Origin: Nitrospirota bacterium
Lineage (GTDB): Bacteria; Nitrospirota; Thermodesulfovibrionia; Thermodesulfovibrionales; JdFR-86
Direction: 5' to 3'
DNA: 64,000 bases
Assembly (NCBI GenBank): GCA_963721805.1
Contig: CAVRJY010000001.1
Location: forward strand, 1,483,166-1,547,165
Shown here piece by piece: positions 52,803 through 64,000 of this stretch. Under the pieces are notes generated by a model. It did not search any database. It saw only the letters and a list, made by a program, of their open reading frames with translations, and was not told the origin of the DNA. The stretch's first letter is position 1, and each line of letters begins with the position of its first letter. Position numbers and translations under genes: made by a program.

Positions 52803-53216
52803 TCAAAACTCCTTGAAGACCTTGGCCAGCGAGTCCCCGGCCACGTGCATCCGAAACTCGTTGAAGTACCCAAACGGCGTTCGCATGACCGAATACCCCG
52901 TGCGGACGAGCCGCGCCTCGACCTCGTCGGCCACCGCGAGCGCAAACTCCGGCTCCGCCTTGCTCGAACTGAGGTGGTTAAACGAGTGCAGGACGATCTG
53001 CTTGGTTTCAAACTTCCCGGCGAGCCACTTCACGTTCTTCGTGAACTTCTCGACGACCCCCGCGCCCTTGGCCTCGTCCCCGGCCTCGGCGTGGAAGAAT
53101 ATGACCACGGCCCCGCCTGAGGTCGCCTCCTCGCGCCCGGCGTCCGGCGCATCGGCCAGGGACTTCGCGGCTGTCTTGTACCACCACTCGTGCGTATAGA
53201 ACATCAGGAGCCTCAC
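52803..53216 (-). CDS. Stand-alone archaeal-type ThrRS editing-domain protein
   Basis: MRLLMFY, IVLHSFNHLS and TPFGYF motifs. Confidence 0.8.
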   Translation of the reverse strand: MRLLMFYTHEWWYKTAAKSLADAPDAGREEATSGGAVVIFFHAEAGDEAKGAGVVEKFTKNVKWLAGKFETKQIVLHSFNHLSSSKAEPEFALAVADEVEARLVRTGYSVMRTPFGYFNEFRMHVAGDSLAKVFKEF

Positions 53217-54763
53217 AGGCCGACCTCCATCCCCTTGTCCATCGAGTAGACCGGGTATAAATTAAACCGCTTGACGCGCGGCTGCCTCACGAAGTAATCC
53301 GTCCTGTGCCAGAGGAAGACCCACGGGGCGTCGTGCACTATTATCTCCTCGGCCTGCGCATAGCTGCGGTCGCGCTCGGCCTCTGTCGTTGCGGCCTCGC
53401 CCTGGCGGATCAGCCCATCGACCTCAGGGTTTGAGTAACGCGTGCGGTTTCCGCCCGCTCCGAAGTTAGTCGAGAGAAACAGCGGCGCCAAAAAGTTCTC
53501 GGGGTCGGGGTAGTCCGCAAACCAGCTAAGCGAGAACATGTCCGCCTTGCCTTCGTTTACCGCGGCCTTAAACCCGCTCCACTCAAGCTGGACGATGCGC
53601 ACGTCGAGCCCCGCGTCCTTCAGGTATGACTGCATGACCTCGGCCATGTCCACGACCTGCTGGTCGGCCGTGATATAGAAGTTCACTACAGTGCCCCCGG
53701 CATGCCGTGCCTTTATGATCTCCCGCGCGCGCGCCATGTCAAACGCGTAGGGCTTCGGCGGCGGCCAGCGCCTCAGTGCCGCCGGCACTGGGCCGTCGGC
53801 CAGCTGGCCCCTGCCCTCCTCGATCGTCCTTAAGATCCGCGCGCGGTCGATGGCCATGCTTACGGCGCGCCGCAGTTCAGGGTCGTCAAACGGCGGTCGC
53901 GAGCAGTCCATCCCGAGGTAGTTCGTGCTGATCGTCTCTTGAGAGGAGATGAGCCCCTTCCACTTGGCGGAACGGATATAGCACATGAACTCCGACGGCG
54001 GGATCTGCAGCACGTCGAGGTTGCCGAGCTCGAACTCGGCCACCGCGGTCAGCTCCTCAGGGATTACGCGGTATACCAGCCCCTTGACCGCGGGCGCGCC
54101 CTCGAAGTACGCATCGTTGCGCCTGAGCACGACGGCCCGGCTCGGCTGCCATGACTCGAGCATGAAGGGGCCGGTCCCTGCCGCATGGGCCGAGAAGTCA
54201 TCGCCCCAGCGGCGGACGTCCTCGGCAGGCACTATGTACGCGGTCGGCATCGTAAGCAGGTACAGAAACGGCGAGTACGGCCCGCTTAAGGTGATCTCCA
54301 CAGTGCGGTCGTCGATCACGCGGATGCCGCGCAAGGATTTTGCGCGCCCGGCCATGAAGTCATCGGCGCCATCGATCCTGTCGAGCACCCAGGTCTGCGA
54401 GGCCCTGGTCGCGGGGCTCAGCACGCGTTGCAGCGAATACCGGACGTCCTCGGCGCGCAGTTCGCGGCCCGAGTGGAAGCGCACGCCGCTTCGGAGCACG
54501 AAGCGGTATCTGAGGCCGTCGGCCGAGACGCTCCAGCTTTGGGCCAGATCCGGCGCGACCTTGAGGCCGGGGCCGAGCCTGACCAATCCGTTAAAAATTT
54601 TCGCGGCTATCGTCCCTCCGGTGACGTCGACTATCAGCGCAGGGTCCAGCGTGGTGGGGTTGGCGTTCAGGCGCATATAGACGTAGCCCGCGATGCGGTT
54701 TTCCGAAGAGCATGAGGCCAGAAGGAGAAACGTCAGGACAGGCGCTATGAGGCGGCGTAGCAT
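53213..54763 (-). CDS. ABC transporter substrate-binding lipoprotein (family 5, OppA/DppA)
   Basis: LASC lipobox; TLDP, PDLA.SW, GTGPF, LRRAVSMAIDR and W.ADYPDP motifs. Confidence 0.9.
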   Translation of the reverse strand: MLRRLIAPVLTFLLLASCSSENRIAGYVYMRLNANPTTLDPALIVDVTGGTIAAKIFNGLVRLGPGLKVAPDLAQSWSVSADGLRYRFVLRSGVRFHSGRELRAEDVRYSLQRVLSPATRASQTWVLDRIDGADDFMAGRAKSLRGIRVIDDRTVEITLSGPYSPFLYLLTMPTAYIVPAEDVRRWGDDFSAHAAGTGPFMLESWQPSRAVVLRRNDAYFEGAPAVKGLVYRVIPEELTAVAEFELGNLDVLQIPPSEFMCYIRSAKWKGLISSQETISTNYLGMDCSRPPFDDPELRRAVSMAIDRARILRTIEEGRGQLADGPVPAALRRWPPPKPYAFDMARAREIIKARHAGGTVVNFYITADQQVVDMAEVMQSYLKDAGLDVRIVQLEWSGFKAAVNEGKADMFSLSWFADYPDPENFLAPLFLSTNFGAGGNRTRYSNPEVDGLIRQGEAATTEAERDRSYAQAEEIIVHDAPWVFLWHRTDYFVRQPRVKRFNLYPVYSMDKGMEVGL

Positions 54764-54766
54764 GGC

Positions 54767-55808
54767 TTACTGCGGGTCCGGTCCCTCTCTGAAGATATCG
54801 AGCACAGCCATGAAAAGCGCGATGCACATCGGGCCTGCTATCAGCCCGAGAAACCCAAAGACCTTCATCCCGCCGATCACGCCGAAGAATATCAGGAGGG
54901 TGTGCATCTTCACCCGGCCCCGGATGATGAGCGGCCTGAGGATGTTGTCGACCATCGCGATCACGCAGACGCCTATAAAGACCAGCACCATCGCCTGCAC
55001 CACAGCGCCCTCGACGAACAGATAGATCGCCACCGGCACCCATACCAGCGCGGTGCCGATCATCGGGATAAACGAGGTCACCGCGACCGCGAACCCAAGG
55101 AGCACGAACGCCTCCACGTCGAGGAAATAAAACGTGACGCCCGCGATCAGCCCCTGCACGAAGGCCACCGCGAGGCCGCCGTAAATCGTCGAGATCACGA
55201 TGTCCTTGACCATCAGGCTGAGCCTGTCGCGCTGGGCCTCGTTAAACGGCAGCTGCCGGCCGAGCCACTCGAGGAACTTCCTCCCGTCCTGGAACATGAA
55301 GAACATCGCCACGAGCGTCAGGAGGGAGTCGACGACGGCTATCAGGAAGTTCTGCGTCCCGGCCTGCAGCCTGTCGATCAGCGAGCTGCCGACGCTCGCA
55401 AACCCGGACTTCACAAGCGCAGGCAGGTCGGCTCGGGCTGATATTCACAAGCGGGCCGAACCTGGCGACGAACCACGTGACCTTCGGGTCGTTGAACATA
55501 GCGCCGAAGTTCGGGAGGATAACCCCGCTTGAGGCTATGAGGTTGGCCTCTGCGGTGAGCATTATCGCAAGCGACGAGATCGGCGCCATGATGACCAGCA
55601 GCACCACGACCACCGTGGCGGCCGAGGCCAGCGGGGGCCATTTCATGTGACGCAGGAAAAGCGCGTACAGAGGATAAAAAACCGTCGCGAGCACACCGGC
55701 CCACGCCAGCGGCCGCGCGAACGGCAGGAGCACCTGATAGCTCCCGTAGCCGAGCGCCAGCAGCATCAGCGAGAGCACCGCGATATGGAATTTTCCCCTG
55801 TAACCCAT
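54767..55808 (-). CDS. AI-2E (PerM) family transporter, frameshift near 55436
   Basis: N-half PF..PLAWA..YPL and C-half F.FQDG, QG, DNILRP, FG.LGL..GP lie in different frames. Confidence 0.85.
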
Positions 55809-55886
55809 TTCAGGAGATTATCGCACAAAGACCGCTAAAATGGCGAGGAAAAACCGCAGGGCCCGGATACGGCGAAGGGGAAAACG

Positions 55887-55918
55887 AACAGGGCCGCGAG
55901 GTTGTCGCGGCCCTGTTT
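55887..55918. terminator. Hairpin terminator downstream of tRNA-fMet
   Basis: AACAGGGCCGCGA-GGTTG-TCGCGGCCCTGTT stem with flanking T/A tracts. Confidence 0.7.
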
Positions 55919-55925
55919 TCTATCA

Positions 55926-56002
<77 letters not shown>

Positions 56003-56065
56003 AAGAGATATACTAACCTTTCAGGGGCCTGCAAGTCAAACCAGATGGGGTTCGGATGAAGCGGG

Positions 56066-56758
56066 TTAAAGGCCTTTTTTGAGCGCATCCCTTGCGGCCG
56101 CGGCCTGGGCGTCCTTCTTGCTCCGGCCCCGGCCGGAGCCGCACAGCACTCCGCTTACGTATACCTCGGCCGTGAAGACGCGCTCGTGCTCGAGGCCGTC
56201 CTCGGCCACGATGCGGTACTCCGGGGTCCCGTCAGACTCGCCCTGCGTCCGCTCCTGCAGCTCGGTCTTGTAGTCGTGAAAGTCGCCCGAGCGCAGGGCC
56301 TCGTCGAGCCTCGCCCCGAGCCGCTGCATGATGAACCGGCGCGCGGCATCCATGCCGCCGTCGAGGAAAATCGCGCCTATCAGGGCCTCAAACGCGTTTG
56401 AGATGATCGACTCGCGGCGGCGGCCCCCGGTGCCCTCCTCGCCCTTTCCGATGCGCAGGTACTGGCCCAGCGAGATCTCGCGGCCCGCCTCGTACAGCAC
56501 ACGGCCCTTGACCACGTATGACTTGATCTTGGACATGTCGGCCTCGCTGAGCGAGCTGTCGAGCCTGAAGAGGTGCTCGACCACGACCAGGGCGAGCACC
56601 GAGTCGCCGAGGAACTCCAGCCGCTCGTTGAAGCCGTATGGGTCGCCCGAGGTCTCGTAGTGGTATGACTTGTGCGTGAGGGCCTGAAGCAGGAACGCGC
56701 GGTCCTTAAATGCGTATCCCGTCGCCGCTTCGAGACCGTCTATGTCGGGTTCGGTCAA
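56066..56758 (-). CDS. rnc: Ribonuclease III
   Basis: [23 protein letters not shown] and dsRBD ([14 protein letters not shown]). Confidence 0.95.
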   Translation of the reverse strand: MTEPDIDGLEAATGYAFKDRAFLLQALTHKSYHYETSGDPYGFNERLEFLGDSVLALVVVEHLFRLDSSLSEADMSKIKSYVVKGRVLYEAGREISLGQYLRIGKGEEGTGGRRRESIISNAFEALIGAIFLDGGMDAARRFIMQRLGARLDEALRSGDFHDYKTELQERTQGESDGTPEYRIVAEDGLEHERVFTAEVYVSGVLCGSGRGRSKKDAQAAAARDALKKGL

Positions 56759-58002
56759 TCCGCGAACCGCTTAAACAGCAGGCAGGCGTTCGTGCCGCCG
56801 AAGCCGAACGAATTGGAAAGCGCGGCCCTGACGTCCACCTTGCGGGCGGTGTGGGGCACGTAGTCGAGGTCGCACTCCGGGTCCGGATTGTCGAGGTTAA
56901 TGGTGGGAGGCACTACCCCGTCGCGGATGGCCAGGACCGAGGCGACGGCCTCGACCCCTCCGGCCGCTCCGAGGAGATGTCCGGTCATCGACTTGGTCGA
57001 GCTTATCGCGAGCTTGCGGCTGTGCTCTCCGAAGACATGCTTGATCGCCAGGGTCTCGAGCTCGTCCCCTGCCTTGGTCGAGGTGCCGTGGGTGTTTATG
57101 TAATCGACCTCAGCGGGCTCCATCGAGGCGTCCTTGAGCGCCAGCCTCATGCAGCGCGCCGCGCCCTCGCCCTCCGGGGCCGGGGTGGTCATGTGGTATG
57201 CGTCCGAGGTCATCGCGAACCCGGCGAGTTCGGCGTATATGCGCGCCCCGCGCGCCTTGGCGTGCTCCATGCTCTCAAGCACGATGATCCCCGATCCCTC
57301 GCCCATCACGAAACCGTCGCGGTCGCGGTCATAGGGGCGCGATGCGCGCTCGGGCTCGTCGTTGCGGGTCGAGAGGGCCTTCATCGCGTTGAACCCCCCG
57401 ATGCCGAGCGGCGTAATGACGGACTCGGTGCCGCCGCAGATCATCGCGTCCGCGTCGCCGCGCGCTATGATCCTGAAGGCGTCGCCTATCGAGTGGCTTC
57501 CGGTCGCGCATGCGGTGCAGGCCGCGGAATTCGGGCCCTTGGCCCCGAAGCGCATCGAGATATGTCCGGCCGCTAGGTTGATGATTACCATCGGGATGAA
57601 AAACGGGGTGATCCTGCGCGGGCCGCGCTCCATGAGCACCTTGCTATAGTGCTCGATCGCGGGCAGGCCGCCCATGCCGGCCCCGACGATCACGCCCACG
57701 CGCTCGGCGTTCTCGGGCGTGACCTTAAGCCCTGAGTCGTCCATGGCCATCTGAGAGGCCGCTATGGCCAGATGGATGAAGCGGTCCATCTTCTTTACTT
57801 CCTTGGGCTCGATCCAGTCCTCGGGGTTGAACCCCTTGACCTCGCCCGCTATCTTTGTGGCGAAGGCCGTGGCGTCGAAGTGCGTGATCGGCCCGATGCC
57901 CGAGCGTCCGGCCTTCATCGCCTCCCACGAATTCTCCACCCCGATGCCGAGCGGGGTTACCATCCCAAGCCCGGTGACTACAACCCGGCGTTCTTCGCGC
58001 AT
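56755..58002 (-). CDS. fabF: 3-oxoacyl-ACP synthase II
   Basis: [23 protein letters not shown] and NSFGFGG motifs. Confidence 0.96.
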   Translation of the reverse strand: MREERRVVVTGLGMVTPLGIGVENSWEAMKAGRSGIGPITHFDATAFATKIAGEVKGFNPEDWIEPKEVKKMDRFIHLAIAASQMAMDDSGLKVTPENAERVGVIVGAGMGGLPAIEHYSKVLMERGPRRITPFFIPMVIINLAAGHISMRFGAKGPNSAACTACATGSHSIGDAFRIIARGDADAMICGGTESVITPLGIGGFNAMKALSTRNDEPERASRPYDRDRDGFVMGEGSGIIVLESMEHAKARGARIYAELAGFAMTSDAYHMTTPAPEGEGAARCMRLALKDASMEPAEVDYINTHGTSTKAGDELETLAIKHVFGEHSRKLAISSTKSMTGHLLGAAGGVEAVASVLAIRDGVVPPTINLDNPDPECDLDYVPHTARKVDVRAALSNSFGFGGTNACLLFKRFAD

Positions 58003-58229
58003 TAGGCGGCTTTGCCCTTTATGTAATCGACCGCGTCTTTGACCCTCGTGATCTTCTCGGCGTCCTCGTCCGGTATCTCGATCTTGAACTCCTCCTCGAA
58101 GGCCATGACCAGCTCAACGGTGTCGAGCGAGTCCGCGCCGAGGTCGTCCACGAACGAGGCCTCTGACTTCACTTCCTCGATCTTGACGCCGAGCTGCTTT
58201 GCTATAATTTCCTTAACCTTGTCTTCCAT
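58002..58229 (-). CDS. acpP: Acyl carrier protein
   Basis: [19 protein letters not shown]. Confidence 0.96.
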   Translation of the reverse strand: MEDKVKEIIAKQLGVKIEEVKSEASFVDDLGADSLDTVELVMAFEEEFKIEIPDEDAEKITRVKDAVDYIKGKAA

Positions 58230-58263
58230 GCCTTAAGTCCTCCGTCGATTCCTTATTTTTTCA

Positions 58264-59010
58264 CTACATGTACATCCCGCCGTTGACGTGCACGACCATA
58301 CCGGTTAAGTATGCGGCCTGCGGCGAGGCCAGAAACACCACGGAATTCGCTACGTCCTCCGGGGTCCCGAACTTGCCAAGCGGTATGGCCTTGAGCATAT
58401 CCTGACGCACGCCCTCAGGGAGGCTGTCCGTCATGGCGGTCTGAATGAAGCCCGGCGCGACGGCGTTGACCGTCACCCCGCGCGATGCGTACTCTTTTGC
58501 GAGCGTCTTCGTAAGCCCGATCATCCCGGCCTTGGCAGCGCTGTAGTTGGCCTGCCCGGGGTTGCCGATGAACGCGACGACGGACGATATGTTGACGATC
58601 CTGCCGGAGCGCTGCCGGACCATCAGCTTTATGGCCTCGCGCGAGCACAGAAACACGCTCTTGAGGTTCGTGTCGATCACCGAGGCCCAGTCCTCGTCCT
58701 TCATGCGCATCAGGAGGCCGTCGCGGGTGATCCCGGCGTTGTTTACCAGGATATCTATGCGGCCCATCCGCTCGGCCGCAGCCTTAAACCCCTCGGCCAC
58801 GCTCGCCGGGTCGGACACGTTCATCTTAAGCGGCATGGTCCTGACGCCGAAGTGCGCCATCTCGGCGGCCGCCTTCCGGGTGCCCTCCTCGGTGGTGCCG
58901 ACTACGACCACGTCCGCGCCAGCGGACGCGAGCCCGTGCGCTATGGCGCGGCCTATCCCCCTCGTGGCGCCCGTTACGAGCGCAACCTGTCCGTTAAGGT
59001 CGATCTTCAT
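58264..59010 (-). CDS. fabG: 3-oxoacyl-ACP reductase
   Basis: TGATRGIG, NNAGITRD and YSAAK motifs. Confidence 0.95.
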   Translation of the reverse strand: MKIDLNGQVALVTGATRGIGRAIAHGLASAGADVVVVGTTEEGTRKAAAEMAHFGVRTMPLKMNVSDPASVAEGFKAAAERMGRIDILVNNAGITRDGLLMRMKDEDWASVIDTNLKSVFLCSREAIKLMVRQRSGRIVNISSVVAFIGNPGQANYSAAKAGMIGLTKTLAKEYASRGVTVNAVAPGFIQTAMTDSLPEGVRQDMLKAIPLGKFGTPEDVANSVVFLASPQAAYLTGMVVHVNGGMYM

Positions 59011-59082
59011 AGATTATTGCCTCAAAAATCACGCTCATTGTATCAGAAAACTCAGGGGCTTTTCCACTTACTAACCACAATA

Positions 59083-61747
<2,665 letters not shown>

Positions 61748-61838
61748 TTTCACGCATATCATATCATGCCCAGCCTGATTCAAGAATCCCCCCACGATGC
61801 CGATAAGAGAGTAGAAGGAACGATGGAGGAGGCCAGGG

Positions 61839-62093
61839 ATGGCGATACTTGCGGATAACGAGATACGGTATTCATATATCCAATATGATGATGTCGACTT
61901 TAGCACCACCAAGTCCCTGATCGAGTCGGGCGTGTTTCATATCTTTCTTCTGGCGGGGAAGAAGTGGGACATAGAGGTATCGCAAATCACCGAAGACTTC
62001 AGGGATTATGTCGTATTCCACGAAATACCGTCATACGTCACCGGCAGCATACACAGCGCGAACAGGATTAATAAAAGCGGGTTAGTCGCGTAA
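61839..62093 (+). CDS. Hypothetical 84-aa protein
   Basis: GGAGGAGG RBS; lower GC; no recognisable motif. Confidence 0.5.
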   Translation: MAILADNEIRYSYIQYDDVDFSTTKSLIESGVFHIFLLAGKKWDIEVSQITEDFRDYVVFHEIPSYVTGSIHSANRINKSGLVA

Positions 62094-62181
62094 GGTTGGA
62101 GTTCGAGGCCTGGCGCTAAGCCGCAAGTTTTTTGTAGTTTTATCTGATAAAATATTTAACAGGATGAATAATAACGCGAAC

Positions 62182-62418
62182 ATGACGCTGTCTGACAAAT
62201 GCCCTATGTGCTGCGGGTCGATGACCGCTGGCAAGACCACGTTCACGGTGGAGTTCGGCTTCGGAGTGGTCGTCGTGCGGGATGTCCCGGCAACGGTATG
62301 CGCACAATGCGGCGCGGACTGGATCGACGACGCGGTCACCGCAAGGCTTGAGGCCATCGTCGCGGATGCGGAACAGAAACATCACACGGTCGAGGTGACA
62401 TCACTGTCGGCAGCGTAG
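62182..62418 (+). CDS. YgiT-type zinc finger (MqsA N-domain-like) protein
   Basis: CPMC.G.M..G.T, V.DVPA.VC.QCG motifs. Confidence 0.82.
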   Translation: MTLSDKCPMCCGSMTAGKTTFTVEFGFGVVVVRDVPATVCAQCGADWIDDAVTARLEAIVADAEQKHHTVEVTSLSAA

Positions 62419-62455
62419 GCTACCCCCTAAGGATTCAGGCACTCAAATGCCCACA

Positions 62456-63138
62456 TCACTCCGGGGAACGCACCGCCGGGCCAAGTCGGCTGCCGTCCGG
62501 GCGGCCGCCGTAGAGCCAGAGCTCGACGCCACCGCCATCGCCGCCGAGGGCCCCCGCCGTCGAGTTGTCCCTCAATTGGCCCGACCATACCCAGCTGCCT
62601 TTGATATTGAACGCAGACTCGGTGTTGTATATTCCCTTCAACTCCGCCATCGAAGGAAGCCGCCATCCGCCTCCACCCACACTCAGGTTGCTGGCATAGC
62701 TGGCCGCCTGATCCAGTTCATCGTTTGCCCGTTGGCAGGAACCCACTGAAGCCCGGTTTTGTTGTCTGTGATGATTCCCTCTTTCATGGCATACCTGCCC
62801 ACCAAAGGAGCCTTAAGCATGCTCGTCTGCCCCTCTGGGGCGCTCTGTATCTCTACGATCGAGGATTCCATTTGAGTTTCTCCGAGCAGAGGGTATATCT
62901 TGTATGCAGAACTCGGATACAACCCATTGAACTTGAATGTTCCATCCGAGCCAGTAGTAGTCTCGAACTTATCATATCCCTTCAAAGGCTCCACCTGTTC
63001 TGCGATAACCTTAACCTTAGCCAGAGGCTGCCCATTACCATCTACAAGCTTTCCTTCAATCCCTGACTTCTTACCACCAAAACCGCAGCACAGCACAAAG
63101 ATCAACGAGACAACGAAGACTTTGACCAATACTCTCAT
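62456..63138 (-). CDS. Secreted carboxypeptidase-regulatory-like plus DUF1566/Lcl (C-type-lectin fold) protein, frameshift at ~62713
   Basis: Signal peptide; G.LVDGNGQPL..V.V..TTGSDGTF.F; DNKTGLQW, NW(D)QA..Y, WRLPS..EL, WVWS, AVRS. Confidence 0.78.
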
Positions 63139-63181
63139 TACCCCTCCAGCAATAGGTTATTGAAAAAACTAAATACTGGAT

Positions 63182-63213
63182 ATTGTAGATTGCCCCCCCC
63201 CCCATAGAGTCAA
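63182..63213 (-). promoter_or_regulatory. Sigma70 promoter with G11 tract in the spacer
   Basis: TTGACT-ctat-G11-caatc-TACAAT (20-nt spacer). Confidence 0.7.
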
Positions 63214-63305
63214 GAAGAAAATGATATTGATATGCGGTAGTGGCAAACGCAATCAATGCCGTTTGACCTTGTGGGGCGCGGGGGGCTACGTTATCCTCTT
63301 CCCCG

Positions 63306-63549
63306 AAAGCGCGCCCAAATCGGCTTCAGACAAGGCAGGGCGAGCAGACCGCCCGATGGTGTATCCCCCTGAAAGCGAGCGATATTGCGTCAGACAAGGA
63401 ACGGTGAGGAAAACGACCGTAGGTGTACTGCATGTACATCGAGGGAGGATTTCCGAGCCAGTGACGCAGTATCACGCAATTGCAGCCGCTTTCACATAGA
63501 GGGCAACTTTGTCGACAAAGACGCAGTATCAAGCGATTTGGAGCGCTTT
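63306..63549 (+). repeat. Palindromic repeat copy D (split) with copy C nested at 63372..63492
   Basis: D left arm AAAGCG..CAGACAAGG..GGTGTA; complete copy C; D right arm GAGGGC..GACGCAGTATC..CGCTTT. Confidence 0.8.
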
Positions 63550-63561
63550 AAAGAAGGCTAC

Positions 63562-64000
63562 TTACGCCGCTTCTTCTCTTTGCAGGTCCTTGAGGGTCGG
63601 CAGTTCGGTGAGCGAGTTCAGCCCAAAGTACTCGAGGAATTCTTTGGTCGTGCCATAGAGTATCGGCTTCCCCGGCGCCTCCTTCTTGCCCACGATCTCG
63701 ATCAGTCGCTTATCGAGGAGCGACTTCATCACGCCGTCGGCGTTGACGCCTCGCAGTTCCTCGACCTCGACCTTCGTAAGCGGCTGTTTGTATGCGATGA
63801 TCGCCAGCGTCTCAAGCGATGCGGGTGAGAGCTTCTGTGCCTTCACCACGCCCATAAGCTTTCTGGCCCATTCGGTCATGGCGGGGTTTGCCGTAGAACT
63901 GATAACCGCCCGCGAGCTTGCCAAGCAGCACGCCGCCCTGGCGCTCGGCGTAGTCCTCGACGAGTTCGTCCAGCAGCGCGCCGATCTCCTCGGGCGAGAG
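63562..64000 (-). CDS. scpB: Segregation and condensation protein B, 5'-partial, frameshift at ~63891
   Basis: LAGGYQF, then LS.ASLETLAIIAYKQP, PGKPILYGTT..FL.YFGL. Confidence 0.92.
   Translation of the reverse strand, partial: SRPRRSARCWTNSSRTTPSARAACCLASSRAVISSTANPAMTEWARKLMGVVKAQKLSPASLETLAIIAYKQPLTKVEVEELRGVNADGVMKSLLDKRLIEIVGKKEAPGKPILYGTTKEFLEYFGLNSLTELPTLKDLQREEAA

Overview
GC-rich chromosomal window from a probably anaerobic, diderm bacterium. Gene content would fit Nitrospirota or Desulfobacterota, but that is inference. Most of it is housekeeping and physiology: selD, rhlE, nfnAB, scpA, tsaD, era, recO, guaB, purM, ftsH, tadA, rubrerythrin, an expanded kdpFABC/DE locus, glnK-nifA-like-amtB, Pit/DUF47, fabG-acpP-fabF-rnc, a P-type ATPase, partial scpB and five tRNA genes, two of which are identical tRNA-Ser(CGA) copies. 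No integrase, transposase, reverse transcriptase or CRISPR array was seen. Signals not explained by the ORF track: (1) a secreted DUF1566/Lcl-type gene whose last ~100 nt look like a diversity-generating-retroelement variable region and whose promoter has a G11 tract between -35 and -10; (2) four copies of a ~120-bp palindromic repeat with compensatory stem changes, one nested inside another; (3) a GAF-GGDEF protein with the Hypr (3',3'-cGAMP synthase) signature; (4) a beta-barrel gene sharing an identically spaced KdpE-box promoter with kdpFABC, plus extra small kdp genes; (5) a selenocysteine-containing SelD; (6) a His-less kinase paired with cheD, and a small protein behind a sigma28-like promoter. 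Seven single-base frameshifts lie beyond 41 kb and probably reflect assembly errors.
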